A DNA stretch of 56,960 nt, counting the filler, from Sphacelaria rigidula (taxonomy: Eukaryota): the NCBI GenBank assembly GCA_964200075.2. It is 3 parts of 3 records of this genome, joined end to end, with 100 filler letters (N's around TTAATTAATTAA, not from the genome) between each part and the next. Parts side by side here need not be neighbours in the genome. Positions count along the whole stretch, not along the records: positions 19,029 to 37,949 come from CAXNAA020000764.1; positions 38,050 to 56,960 come from CAXNAA020000765.1; 1 more part is not named here. One strand, 5' to 3'. The notes beneath the pieces were generated by a model that searched no databases, was not told the DNA's origin, and saw nothing but the letters and a program-made list of their open reading frames with translations. Shown here piece by piece: positions 32,801 to 46,300 of this stretch. The translations under genes were made by a program, and so were the position numbers. The stretch's first letter is position 1. Every line of letters begins with the position of its first letter.

Positions 32801-35800
32801 TTTGGTTCTCTTCACGGCGCCTTGGCCTATAAAAAATGAACAAGCTACCGGAACCGCTAACCACCTACGATACGACGATAGCACTGGTGTCACTCGCTCC
32901 AATGATCCTCACTGCTAGAGGTTGAACTTCTTCGCCGAAATGGTATGCCTGCCCTTACGGGACATTACCTTGCCGAAATGTTTCGTCGGATTGGTGCGCC
33001 TGCAGGCACCGAGCACTTTGTCTCAGCAGAAAAGCAACTCCTACCCCTCACAGGTAATGCTAACTTGGGACCCAGGGGTGCTTTAGGTATCGCTGCTGCT
33101 CCCCTAGTTCACATTTCGCTGGGAAAATGTGTCACTAAACCCACGACGCCCAACTCTCCTCCTCCGGCAGACTGTTCTGTCACTTGCGTCGATGAGCCTT
33201 ATTTCGATCTTAACTCCTTGTCTCCATCACAGGTACACACTGTGGACCCTGCTCGGTCAACTTTCTACCCTTCTGATGAAGTGCTTCAACGCTCCTCTTC
33301 TCCATGGACCCCGCCCCTCGTAGTCGTTCCCATCGAGGATGGAAACATATGCATCACCGTGAATTACTAACGGTTGAATCGCGTCATTGTCGTAGGAACA
33401 CTTCCGATCCCTCGGATCGATGGAGACTTCGACTCTCTAGGCGAAGGCAAAATATTCAGTACCTTCGATCCCGCTTGTGAATTTTTCCAGAAGGCCGTTC
33501 ACCCTGACATGGTTCCATTGACAGCGTTCTGTATATCTTCCGGACTCTACGAATGGCGCGGTATGCCACGAGGCGCCGCCATCGTACCGGGTTGTTTCAA
33601 ACATTCGATGAGAAGCGTCACAGAGAACCTCGACCACGTCATCATGTACTTGGGCGATGCTATTGCCTTCGATGCATCCCCTAATGCGCATGTGTGCACC
33701 TTGCGAGAGAATCTTTCTCGCCTGCGGACGCACGATTTGAAACTTTCCCCATCCGAAGCCCGCCTTGACACGACTGAATTGGATTTCCTGGGACTTTCAA
33801 TTTCACCGGTGGGCCCGCAACCGGATACCGACAAAGTCAGGGCAATCAATAACTGAAGTGCCGATGCCTACTAACATTTCCCAGCTCCGCTCATTGTTGA
33901 GTGGACTGTCCTACTATCGCGGATTTCTGTCTAATCTGTCCAGACTGATTCGTGCTATTATAGACTTGCTTCAAAATGGCGCCGCGTTTGTCTTCACCAA
34001 AGGTATGGAAGCTATTGTTCATAATTTGTTGAAAAGACTTACCGAAGAACCGGTTCTCTGTTTTCCAGACTAGGATGCGGTGCAAGATGGGTTTGGTCTC
34101 TTTCAACTGCACACAGACGCTAGCACCGACGGGTTCGGCGCGGTTCTGAATCAACCTCGACTTGATGACTGTGCTCGATCCATCTTTTATATCAGCCGCG
34201 CCACCCTGCCAAATGAGGCCAACTGGAATCCGTTGGAGTTGCAAGGCCGGGTCATCACTTGGGCTACGAGACGCCTCCGGTAATCTTTTTTCCACGTGCC
34301 TTTCTGCATGCGCGGATCACAGAGCACTCGAACAACGCCTTAAGGTGGGCAAACATAGTCCGTGTGTACAACGCTGGTTGGAGTTTCTGACAGCTCATCA
34401 ATATACTGTCAAACACCGCCCAGACAAAACCAACAGATATGCTGACCTTCTCTCCCGCCTGCCCCTTCCTCCGACGGCGGTAGACTTCAGCCCAGCTTGC
34501 CGATTAGCTGAACCTGATAAACCAGGCGTATACCCTATCCGGCGTTTTTCAACGCTGATTTATGCCCTTGACCTTCATTGCCCAGGAACGGGTATGCACA
34601 TTGGCGGCCCTCACCCCCTACCGTATGATTCAGTCTTGGGTGAGCTCAAGCGAACAACCGACGATTTCGTCAATTTCCGCACTTAAGGTCCTCGAGCGAA
34701 TATGTCTGCCCCGCCACTCCCAGTTACCCATCTCGTTTCCAACAGTACGCGCTCTCGGTCGACCGTCCGCGCCAACCCCCCCCGCGCTCCACCGCCACCG
34801 ACAACACCTACTGCTCCACCGGCTACGCGCAACAGCGCGCCGCGAGCCTTGTTAATACCCGCCACGCGCATTGCATGCAACAAGTGCCGATCAAGTTCTT
34901 TGGCGTGCACTACTTCGACAACGCCGCCCTTCGCTGCACCGTCAGTGCCCATCCCTCCTGACGGTAGAATGGATGTCTCGGAACCTGATCCTGATGTGGA
35001 TGTTGACGTTGGTACTCCTGCCCCGTCGCCTGTCCCACCACTTCCTGAGCCACCATGCTTGGTTGGTTCTCCGGCAGAAGGCCAACTGCGCGAGCCCCTC
35101 GCCAGTTACTCCCATCGTGATTGGGCTCGTGAACAACAAACATAACCATTATGCCGCGCTATCGCGCGGTACTTACTGCTTGGCTGTCCTATCCCTATAC
35201 CGGCCATGTATTGGCGTCGGTTAGTACACTTCTACCACCAAACGCCTCCAAGGTGTAGGAACTCGTTCGTAAAGGTACGATCTTTACCACTGATGACGGT
35301 ATCCAAGCGATTGTCCGCCGCCCCACGCCCCAGCCGGGTGCAACTTCAGCCACGATCACTGGACGTCATGCACGCCTACTCGATGACGAACCCACCCAGA
35401 TATATGTCCCATTTTTAATGCGACCGTGGGCAATGAAAGGCTGCGACATTGACCTGTCTTGCCACCTGGGTGTCACGTGCACATTGGCGCTACTTGAACG
35501 TTTTTACTGGTGGATAGGTATGGAAGTGTCCACCCGTTTTTGGATTCGGCGATGCTTCAAATATCAAGCTCGCAAAACCTCACGACAGACAATGCGTTAG
35601 CTCGTCAAGACTATGGAAGTTCCCAACGCCCCTGGTCACCTCGTGTCGTTTGACCATTTCGGTCCTTCACCGACCTCTGATCGCGGCAAAACCTACATCC
35701 TACTCTTTACCGACCGCTTCAGCCGTCATGCGTCCATGTACGCAGTCACCGCTGTAGACTTCACAGCCGAAGGCGCAGCTAACATCCTAGCTTACGACTA

Positions 35801-37314
35801 TATAAAGTACTACAGTTGCCGAAACGGCTTCTCTCCGACGATGGTCAGCAATTTTGCTACGACCTCTCGGACGACTTGTATATGCTCCTGGGCATCCGCA
35901 AGATAGCCACGAGCGCCTACCATCTCAATGGCAACGGGGGCATTGAAAGATTTTATCATACAATGGCCCGGATGATATCTATGGTTGTCAACGATCATCA
36001 AAACGATCGGGATCTCGATCTTTCACATGTCACGCTGTCTGATAACGGCTCGGTCAACGCCGCTATCGGTCCCTCTCCGAACGAGTTACATGTCGGCCGC
36101 TACCCCCGTTTGCCCATCACCGCATTTGAAAGACACACCTTGGAAGGTCTAAAAGGCTTGGATCAGGATCAGATATCTCACAATGGCCTAGCACGTGCAC
36201 GCCAGCGCAAAACTCTTACCCTCGTAGGTGAAGGACACGTTATCAACGCTTCGCGTCTTGAGAGATCCGTTACTGCTCTCTACAATCTGATGCTGGGCGG
36301 CGATTGGGTTTGGGTTTACACCAGTTTGTCGACCACCCGCCAGGACGCCGACAGAGCCGCCAGCGAGGCAGTATTGAAGACTAAGTTATCCCTTGACTGG
36401 ACAGGAGCATTGAAGATTCTGACAGCAGGACCCTCGCCACCGTCACCTGATGGCAAGCCTGTTGGCGATAAACTTCTTCATCTCGATCTCCCCCACGATC
36501 TCCAGGGACATGGCGCAAAATCTCGCGTCTTTGTGCGCCGATGCAAACCCTGCACGAAACCGCATGATACTAGTGACATACCCAAATATCTGCCTGCCGG
36601 TCTTACACAATAAGTACTTAACAGCTACTCGACCAAATCACCACCTTATCCGTGTCTCATAGCTCTGGTCACCAGATCACTCGCGGTCAAGGAGGTACGA
36701 TTGCTGTCATGTACCAAACGCACTGGTAAGGCCTTCGGAGAGCGTCCTGTAAACTTGAACCCGACCTTCAGCTGCGACGCCGAGCTTTTCTCCTGTACTG
36801 GACACAATCCCAGCAGCAACATCCCGCTAACAACGAGAAATATCGCAACATGCACCGCGCACAGCAGCCCGCGAACTCCACCGTGACAAGGGTTTGCGGT
36901 ATGTATCCGATAGTTCTGAATTCATACTTACCAAGCGTTGGGGAAAACAGATCAGCGCAAAACAGGAAGACCTCCCCAAATGCGCCTATTTGTAGTATAA
37001 AAGGCAGCGACAACCTCTGGTGGCTGGGCCAGACCCACTCCGCCGACCTGAACGCGACTGACACGTACATCGTGCGCTTCATTGATGACCCTGCACCCGT
37101 GCAGCTCAAGCTCCGCCCAGAGCAATATAGCACCAGTCCATCCGCACTACGAGGATCTTGGTGCCTGCAGCGGCTCAAGTCCAAAGGCCCCCGCCGCGGA
37201 ATCCAACACACTATCGATCACACAGATGATCTCAACGCACTGCTTTGTGCTTTCACCCAACCTCCTGCCTTTGATCCACGACAATTTTCTCTTGCTACTT
37301 TCCCTATCGTTTAG
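29900..37314 (+). mobile_element. Decayed Ty3/Gypsy retrotransposon (Gypsy-2); LTRs not resolved
   Basis: Knuckle CINCNTQGHSMRDC (about 30485-30526); protease LLDSGS (about 32440); RT (SSPW, LPIPRID, TAFC, YEW..MP.G, YLGD; 33290-33856); RNase H (LHTDAS, ADLLSRLP); integrase (HLGV, FDHFGP, FTDRFSR, LLSDDG, NGGIER); chromodomain-like and Tudor-like C-terminus. Confidence 0.92.
31751..32189. mobile_element. Foldback MITE nested in Gypsy-2, 4-bp TSD CAGT
   Basis: AACACGGGATGTTACAAATT ... AATTTGTAAAATCCCGTGTT; the two halves are largely complementary; CAGT on both flanks. Confidence 0.85.
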
Positions 37315-37319
37315 AAATT

Positions 37320-37425
37320 CCCCCCCTGTACCCATCTGCTCCGTCTCGAAAGGGATGCGTGGTCAATGGTCAAATGACTAAGGCAAGCAACAAATGAGTA
37401 CGCCCCCCCCCCCCTGTACCCATCT
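37320..37425 (+). mobile_element. 66-bp LINE-derived retrocopy with poly(C) tail and 17-18 bp TSD
   Basis: CCCCCCCTGTACCCATC(T) on both sides of body 37337-37402; C-run 37403-37414. Confidence 0.92.
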
Positions 37426-37749
37426 TGTTATGACGATGGCATGCAAGATCATGAGTACACCCCTGTCCCCATCAATTAGGACAAACCATTCCCACAACGC
37501 CGATTTATTCAACAGCCTACAACCGGAGCTTCTTCGGCGCACACGCAACGGACCACGAACGGAGCCTGCCTCGAGCACCTTCATCCTCGGCTACTGGAGC
37601 TTTTCGTATTCTCGCTCTTGATTTGTATGCCTGGCGCCGGACCCTTTTCAGTCTTTCAGTAGTTGCTGATTTCTTCGCCTTTTTTGGCCACTATGCGCTC
37701 GTCGCATGTGATTGAACTTTTGGCGGCTGGGTTTGGTATCACCTATGTA

Positions 37750-37893
37750 GACGTTGTACCCCTGCAAAAGAGAAATGCCACTTCAACCTCATTCTTGAGA
37801 TGAACCCCATTTTCTAGGATCCACTGTTAAATCCTTCGACGCGCTAGCGAAAGTGAAGAGGTAATAGGAAAGGCATCCCAGGGGTACAACGTC
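37750..37893. mobile_element. 144-bp mini-MITE
   Basis: 15-bp perfect TIR GACGTTGTACCCCTG / CAGGGGTACAACGTC; flanks TA and AA. Confidence 0.65.
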
Positions 37894-37949
37894 AAGCCGT
37901 GATGCTTTTATAATAGCTATAAAAGCAGTAACGTTCACTCTCGGAAACC

Positions 37950-38049
37950 NNNNNNNNNNNNNNNNNNNNNNNNNNNNNNNNNNNNNNNNNNNNTTAATTA
38001 ATTAANNNNNNNNNNNNNNNNNNNNNNNNNNNNNNNNNNNNNNNNNNNN
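37950..38049. other. Artificial scaffold linker (N44-TTAATTAATTAA-N44)
   Basis: Same 100-bp structure as 18929-19028. Confidence 0.97.
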
Positions 38050-41000
38050 AGAGTGGCAAAATCAAGCCTACTCGCCATGGAGGTCACCATCACAGAGTCC
38101 GGCAATCAGACCCGCAACTTCACCTCCAAATGTCCCTAAGAGTCATGCTAAGATAGAGGGGGGATGTTTTGGGCCGTTTTCTTGAACGAATTTTTACTTC
38201 AAATCGTCGTTAATAGTAGCAACGCTTGTTCAAACGCGCTTGCTTCCGATGAATACCGCTCATTCATACTGCTTGACACCGCTTTTATCCAACTACAAGC
38301 GCAGCACGAGTGTGTTAGGTCGTCTGGAGCATTTATGAGCCCATTTTTTCGTGGAATCAAACACCCCCCCCCTATCGTAGCATGACTCCTAACCTTAGTT
38401 AACAATAATGGCTGGAGTCTACAAACTTCGCGTTTCGCTCTTTGATTAGCCATGCCGGTGACATATAAGTGCACATTGAGGGGGCTAATTTCGCGTTGAT
38501 CAAAACACATGACTTCAATAACCCCTCAACTCGAACAATTAAGCACATTACCCATACGTTTCACCTGGAGTAGCGTTCCTTGGGGGACCCTACTGTTTCC
38601 GGTTTCGGGGAGCAGTCGGTTCTCGTTCCAATTTTGTACTTCTAAGACCTGCCTTGCTTGAGTTCTGTTCTGGTGCCGCCAGTGTGAGCAAGGCGTTCTG
38701 CTAGAGTAGTCAGAGACTTACGGGAGGAGACTGCTGTCCTGATGCCGAAAGACTTCCGAGGCTGGCGATGATTTCCTCTTGCATATGCAGGCAAGAAGTG
38801 AGATCAGACTAGAAGTGGTCGCCAGGGGCGACCAGGACCTTGTGGGATGTTGGACCGTCCTATATTAGGCTCTTCCTGGCATCTCCCCAAGTTGTCTAGT
38901 TACGTCGGCATTACAGGGTCCTTCGTAATCTGGTCCTTCTGAATCGTTCCCACCTTGTCCCTGCTTGCGCTGGGTCTTCATACCTGTGTGGCATGAGTCT
39001 CTGGTATGTCAATGCAATGAGGTATCCTCCACATAGAATCCTAATCAAGTACGAGCTGGGCCAGCCTAGAAGTGGATTTGAAGTTTGCGGGTCAATTCGC
39101 ATTTTTTTACCAATAGTTGGACACTGGAAATTGGTGTGGACGATCAGCAGGGCATAATTTGTTTCCACATGTGCATGGTCCCAAAGGTATATTTTCGGTG
39201 AGTTAACGACATATTGCCAAACCCTGAAGTTGATTATTGCCCTTAACTCATGGTAAAAATAGGTTTGGGACCATCCACAATGTTATTATACCCTGTTGAT
39301 TGTCCTCACCAAATTTCAGGGTTCAACTCCGATTTGAAAATTGCGAATTTGTCTGTTAAAAAGCCCGGGCCGGTGGAAATTCGGAAAAGTACTTTGCAGG
39401 CTGTTTACCGGCCCACGTTTGGTGTTTGTGTATTGAAGCTTTGTGCGCGCTAGGTCATGATGAACCAAGAAAAATAGATTAGGTTGGCTTTTATTCATTT
39501 GTTTCACTAGTTTAGGGTAGAAGTTAAGGGCATTTTAGTATGGTAACGACCAACTTTTTACGAGAACACCGAGAACTTGAAAATAAAGGACCATATTCGT
39601 TTTTATCCAGCATACCTCTGTGGTTCTCCATACTAAGTTTCAAATCGCAGTTCTGACAATTGATTCGAAAAATGAGATAATAGAGAATTTCGGAACAGAG
39701 GAAGGAGAAATAGCCGGTAACGGTGCACTTTCCGCGATGAATTATTGTTTAGAGCGCGTTTTTAGAGTGGGAATGCTGTTTGCACCACTTCACCCTGAAA
39801 GCCGTTGTTCCTCTTCATAACTCATAGCGGAATAAAGAAGAACGCCCACCTTCACCACCGTGATCACAGCCAGTTCGAAATCGATACACCCTAAGAAGCA
39901 AAGTTGGACATCCATCACAACTGTCATGCTCACAAGGGATCATTCACGACGTAGGAACGCTTTGCATCGCAATCAGAAAACCTCCCTGACGCTGCCAAGG
40001 TATCAGCATTCGCTTGGTTGCGCCGAGTGAAAATTCAAATGGTTGGCGAATATGCCAAATGATTAGATGGATTGTCACCCTAGCTGCTTGGCGTAGGGCG
40101 GTGGTGACGGATGTCCAAAGGATCAATGACTTTTCCATTGAGTTGCTGGTTACAGTTGGATGTATGCTCAGCTGCGGAGCAATAGACAGGTGTTTACAAA
40201 TAGAGAAAGTGAGCAGAATAAAATTTATATAGTACACCCAGGGAAGACTCCAGTATAGTCTCCTTCAATCCTGAGGCTCAGTCTCCGCAGAAAGGGGATA
40301 GCTGGAGTCAATCAGACGCTGCCGAAGTGTTGGTTTATCCTTTACTATACTGCTGGGGCCTTGGGGCGGTGAGAGAGTGGGACCATGCGGCTTGCCTGCG
40401 GGGAAGCCATCATGCCTAATCCCAAAACCTAACTTCGCTCAAGTCATACTCAGAAACGTAGCTACGCGAACTTCAAATAAGCTTACGTATATATCTACCG
40501 TAGGACTCCGATCATTCCACGTCATCCCATAAGCTAGCGACCGAGTACGCACGTATCAACCTACAGCTGGCTCGTGGGGCATCTGAAGGCCGCTGAAATA
40601 TTCGCCAAAGATATACAACTCTAGTACCCGCCGGTCTGTGTGTCTAGACGTACAACTCTACAGTAACTGCGAAGTACTCATCACATGACATATGCCTCTC
40701 ATGCTTGAAGCACTCGCAGACTATGGCAAGAGGCGAGAGTGCTTCATCCATACCTTCTTCCGCACCACAAAAAGTGTAGACCAACACAAAAAAAATGAAA
40801 GAAAAACAAGCACAAAACACAAAACACAGAAAACAAGGCAAAATAAAAAAACATCGAACCGATACAAGAATACAGTGCCCTCGAATTCCGTGAGTGTCTC
40901 AGGGGGGATCATGGGCAATAAAAAAACAAAAACATGACAAATCAAACCGATGTACCCTGAAATGCAGAGCTATTACGGCGGATATCGACTGTATGTGTAG

Positions 41001-41639
41001 TAGGCGTTTTGTAGTACGCGTGGTAAGTGCAGGAGGTCTTATTCTATTTGCATGTTGGTGTTGTATTCCAATTGGGCGTCCTTCACCGAAGCCCCTCGCC
41101 CCCACAACTCCCATCACCCAGCAACGTTTCCAGCTACCTAGCCAAGCCTAATAATAACAAAGCTATCAGCCATTACTTGGAGATATCTCGCTTGCAAGCA
41201 AGTCAAGAGCACTCTTCTGCATGTGAACGTGAGCCTGTGTTTTGCATGATGTATGCAGTGCTGGTTGAACCGAACTCTGGTGAGTCTCTGGTGCAACACC
41301 GTTGTGTGCTGCAGTAACGATTGTGCTGGCCGCTGGTGTTACACCACTCCCAGCCTATGCCCCACGAGCTTGATACGCCACCCTGAGACTCGACCACGAC
41401 AGAGCCTCAAAAAGTAGTGAGCATTTCCGGGATAGTCACAGGAAATCAGAGGCCCATTGTTGAAACGATCATCATACCCTGCCATAACTATATTATGAAT
41501 ATAATAGTTCACTGTTTCCGGATGTCCAATTTGTTTCAGTTCAACAAGCAAGCCCGCCAAGGCATTATATCACTCCGATAACCAATTCCATGCTAATCAC
41601 TTGTCCCAGTCACTCAGCAAAAGCCAACAACGTACAGCC

Positions 41640-42160
41640 GATTTCGTCGCGAAAAAGGTGGTTTCCCGCGAAAACCATACGTCGAAAAAAACAAAATACG
41701 CATGATACAGATAATCAACCCGGCCGACGTGAGTTAACTGTAGGTACATGTTTGTGAGAGCAATGTCTTGCTATGCACGTCTGGGTGATGATCCAGTCGC
41801 ACAGCACTTCTGTTTTTTCCTCACACGACGAGATACGAAAACAACCGGCCGATTTGTGCGGTCGGGTATCCGTACACGTCAAAAGAAACGTACTTGAGTC
41901 AATACAAACCCATCGGGGCTACTACGTAGTTTCGAGGCGGATCGCCCAACACATTTCTGAACCACGACAAAGACACCGGACAGGGAGGACCAACGCAGTC
42001 CACCCCGCACGGTATTTATCCGTTCAGACTACAACGAGACTGGCTCGAACACGAACTGGAGTAAAATCCCCAGCCGGTCGTACCGTCACGTACTTTGTCC
42101 AATAATCCCTGGAAAAACAAAACATCACCTACCGATTTCATCAGCGGATAATTGTACGCA
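41640..42160 (+). repeat. Dispersed repeat related to 28140-28630
   Basis: Colinear shared blocks as listed for 28140-28630. Confidence 0.65.
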
Positions 42161-43389
42161 AAAAACTGGTGTAAGCAGTGACAAGAAGATAGCGAGTGGC
42201 GGACTCTGAGCCTGCAGGCTGTACCAATGGTCGAATATCGACATGGCGGAACGGTCTGTTCCGGAAGAGCAATCTATCCTACAATGATACGTAATGGTCC
42301 TGTATGAGGAGATGTTTGCAACCAAATATGCCACTACTGCAATGACAGTTCCTCAACATCGTTACGTACGACGCGGCCAGTGGTGACCTCGTTGTGACTA
42401 ACCAATCACCGAAGTATAAACCATCCGTTGCGTCGCATCACACGTGACCCTTCATATAAACGAGATCGGTCGCGTGTGTGAAGGATTCACAGAAAATGTA
42501 GGCCAAGTGTTCCGAGACTTGAGGATCAGAAACGTTGGAACACTCATGGCGTTTCCGACATAGACGCGAAAACCAAAACCAAAATAAATACAAAACCAGG
42601 GGTACGCTTGGCAACAGCGAAAACGAAATATCAGAAACATGAAGCAGAAACATAACACGTGGCGACCGTTCTTGTAAACGGGAGCGGTTATCGTGAGTAC
42701 AAAGCAAGTAGGGTCAAGTGTTTCAGCCAAGAAGGTCGAAGCGTTTCGGACTCCGCTTCGGTTACTATGGCCCATGGTAACATAAAAGCCAACGTGAAAC
42801 ACACAAAAAAAACACGTCACGACCGATCCTCAAGAGGGAGGTGGGAGTCGTGTGCGTAGCGATTGGACAAGAGCGCAAATATTGCAGACGGGGGGTCAGG
42901 TATGTCTGGCGCTCGCCCCGAAAACTCTCGACCAACACAACAAAAAGAAAACAGCCTAATAATCCAACAAGACGAAGGTGCGTGCAACGAAGGAAGTAAA
43001 GAGAACAACTCGTGTTGACCGTTCCAGTACACGGATTGATCGTGAGTGCACGGCGCGGACGACGGCGGTTCAACGTGTTCCAGACTCGGGGTCAGGAATG
43101 TTTGTGGAACGGCCGTCACGGAATACGTTGATATTTGAACCGAGAAGTATATAGATCAAATACGAAACACACAAAAACAAGAGAAAGCAAAACAAAACAA
43201 AACGACAGAAAAACGAAAACAAAACACAAACAGAAGGCCCAAAGCCAAACATAAATACAAAATGCAAAATACAACCACTAGAGGAACGGGGGCTACAACC
43301 GTACGGAGGAAAAACAAAACACTGAAGGGGGGGGGGGGACACATGGTTGTCCAACGACGCTACGGCGCAAGACCAGCCATTCGAACATG

Positions 43390-46300
43390 GTACGCCACAC
43401 AAGGTAAGTGGGGAAGCAGACTCGGATGTGGCATCATGAGCCTCCTGTCTCCCAAACACTGTCCGTGTTGCGTAGGACGGCTGTGTCGAGATCGCCTTGG
43501 TCGTATCGTTGGAGGCACCAGGATCCTCTGCGAGCGGTCGGCATCTCGGTGTAGTAGGCATTATCCAAGCGAACCTTAAGGGGTCTCGGGTCATCGAGGA
43601 AACGAAATAGAGTAGGAGTTATCAGATGCAGGATCGACCAAATGGATCTTACCCAACCACCACAGTGAATCCAAAGCCTCATACCAAAAGTACGCCCCCT
43701 TCGGCAAAGGTTGTCCGTGAAAAGACAGCATGTATTGTGAACGCGAGAGAAGGCTATATCCTGTTACGACAAATCGCACCGAGTGCTCTCGTGCCAGTTC
43801 CCAAGCAGCAGCTCCCTTGCGCATCGACCTATATCTCTTATTCAACGGGCGGTGTTGGACGGCATCTCCTACCCATTACAGCAATATTTCCCGACGAAGG
43901 TGACGTAAGTCGAACTCACGCTCCCATGCAACACCCATGATACTCTTCCAATGAGTCTGGTACATAACCGCTAGTTTGCCTCGTCGACCTCGGACTAATT
44001 TATGGCCCGACATGCGATCTACCACTACTCGCTCAAGGGGGCCGTTGGCATCTTCAACCGTCATGTGATACGGGGGGGCTTTGGTCGCATAGTTGGTCAA
44101 CACGTACTGGCTGAGACCCATTGGCAATTGTTTGGGCATGTCGGATGCATCATGCGGGGGTAAACACGGCTTACACCTTAGCATCGATACTTGGTTTTTG
44201 GGTTTCATGTCAGGTTCATCAGTGGGAAAATCCAAGTACAAAGGCTTCTCGCCTACCGGATTTTTGTCGGGTGCGGCATCACAGGGCCCTACCGCCAAGA
44301 CTTTCCAGGGTCCAGTCCAATTCAAGGATAGTTTCGACTTCAACACCTTATCCAAGGACGACTTATTGGAGCTAGCCCCCTGAGTTACGGTCTTCACATC
44401 ATTGTACACCCATGCCCATTGATCTACCTTCCACACAGGACGGTTGTTGACCGCATCATCCGACACAGTGTTTGCCCTGGCTACTTTCGCTGCATTGATC
44501 TGGTTCTGCTCGCGCACCACTTCACACGCTAGACGAAAACGATTACTAACAGAAATACGGTACTCCGCTATATCCCTATCCAAACTTTGATGGTCCCTGT
44601 AAGGTTTCCGTTCGAACGCCGTCAGTGACAACCTGGGCATGCGACCAATATGAACTGCATTGGGAGCCAATCCCGTTGCGGCATTGTCTGAGTTGTTGTA
44701 GTTCATCTGGATAAGGGGCAAATGCATGTCCAAGTCCGTTCGTCATTCGTTGGTTACCGTTGCAAGCATTTTAGCCATCGTATGGTTCACTCGTTCGGTC
44801 CCACCGTTTGTGGACGGATGGTATGAGCTTGTAAAAATACGATGGGCACCCAGGCAGCAGAAAGTTTGCCGGCGAAATGCGGGTCGTTATCGGACAACAA
44901 TCGTTTGGGCACACCCCAATGCGGAAGATACGTGTATACAAGAATGTTGGCGGTACCTTCCGCATTATAGCTACTGGCAGCGATGGCGTACATCACCGCA
45001 TGTCGACTAAATTTATCTGTAAACAGCAAAATATACTTATGACCACTATCCGTCGGGGGCAAGGGGCCAAAATAGTCCCACGAAACTACTTCACCAGGAC
45101 CGTTTGGGAGTGGCATGGAAACGATAGACCAACGAACTGTCTGACGTGAAGTTTTTCGCGCTTGACACAAAAGACAACGCCTCACCCACCAACGTACACA
45201 CTGGTCCATATAAACCCACCAATAAAAACGCTCAAGCATCTGGGAGGTCCGAGCAACTCCCAGATGTGTCGATGCTTGCGAATGACACTCATGGAGAACC
45301 CATGGGCGCAGCAGCATCGGCGCATCAATTCATGTGGGGTCCTCACCTGACAAGCAGGCATGTTTACTGGTAGGTTTACCCACACGAAGGGGCGCTCTGG
45401 GCCGGCGAACTCAGAGGACGACACCACCATCATCCGTACAAAGCATACTTTTCCGCGATAGTTCAGTAACTTCATCCTGTGTTGGGGCTTTATGGCTTCC
45501 AACGGGCAAGAGGAATTCGGTTGCTGGGAGAGGAGACGGGCAGCCTTTGGATAGATCATGCATAGCCGTTCTACAAGCAGCTTCAGCTTGTTGTTTCCTG
45601 GCCCAATCGGCGTGGGAGGAAAGGGTCAAACATTCCTCAAAAACACTATTCGACGGGTTATCCAAAAAAAGAAGGGGTTCGTGTCACGGCGGTGTTGACT
45701 CGAATCAGGGATATTTGGATCATGCGCGAGGGAATCAGTTAGTGTACTTTTAAGCGGAACATTGTCTTCGAATCCTACGTCGACTAGCGCATCGGATGAT
45801 GAGAATTCAGTGGGTAGATCATCACCGGGGAAGGGGAGCAAAGCCGAGGCTTCAGATATGGTAGGAATGGGCGCAAGGAAAGTATCGGGCACAGGGATGG
45901 GGCTTGGGATGGGAAGGTCCGGGCCAGCGGCCGCCAGGGTGGCGGCCGCTTTGGCGGCCCGTAGTCCCCTGGTTCTACTCGAGATGAGATTTCGCACTTG
46001 AACCGGGAGGACAAAGTCAGCACAAGACGGTTCTAAATCTGCAGCACAAACCATACGATGACCAGTTGCACGGAGATGATCATACCCGCTCGGGTTTGTA
46101 CTAGCTCCACTCCAAACTGAACACAACGATCGAGGTGGCATACTGCCTAGTACAGAAGCGTGAGCTGCAGTCGTCAGCCCATCCATGCCAAGTGAAGAGT
46201 TGTTGTTCAGTGAGAAAGATGTGTAGATACCGCTATGACCGTTTCTGGTAATGAAATACACAACGTCTTCGGTGGGATCCGTGATACGTCCCGAGGCGGA

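Noticed and set aside
41339-41560. Gag-like remnant
   Set aside because: Too short and degenerate, with no adjacent retroelement domains.
42393-42822. 3' LTR of Gypsy-3
   Set aside because: Only short imperfect terminal repeats, and no matching 5' LTR near 50650-51100.
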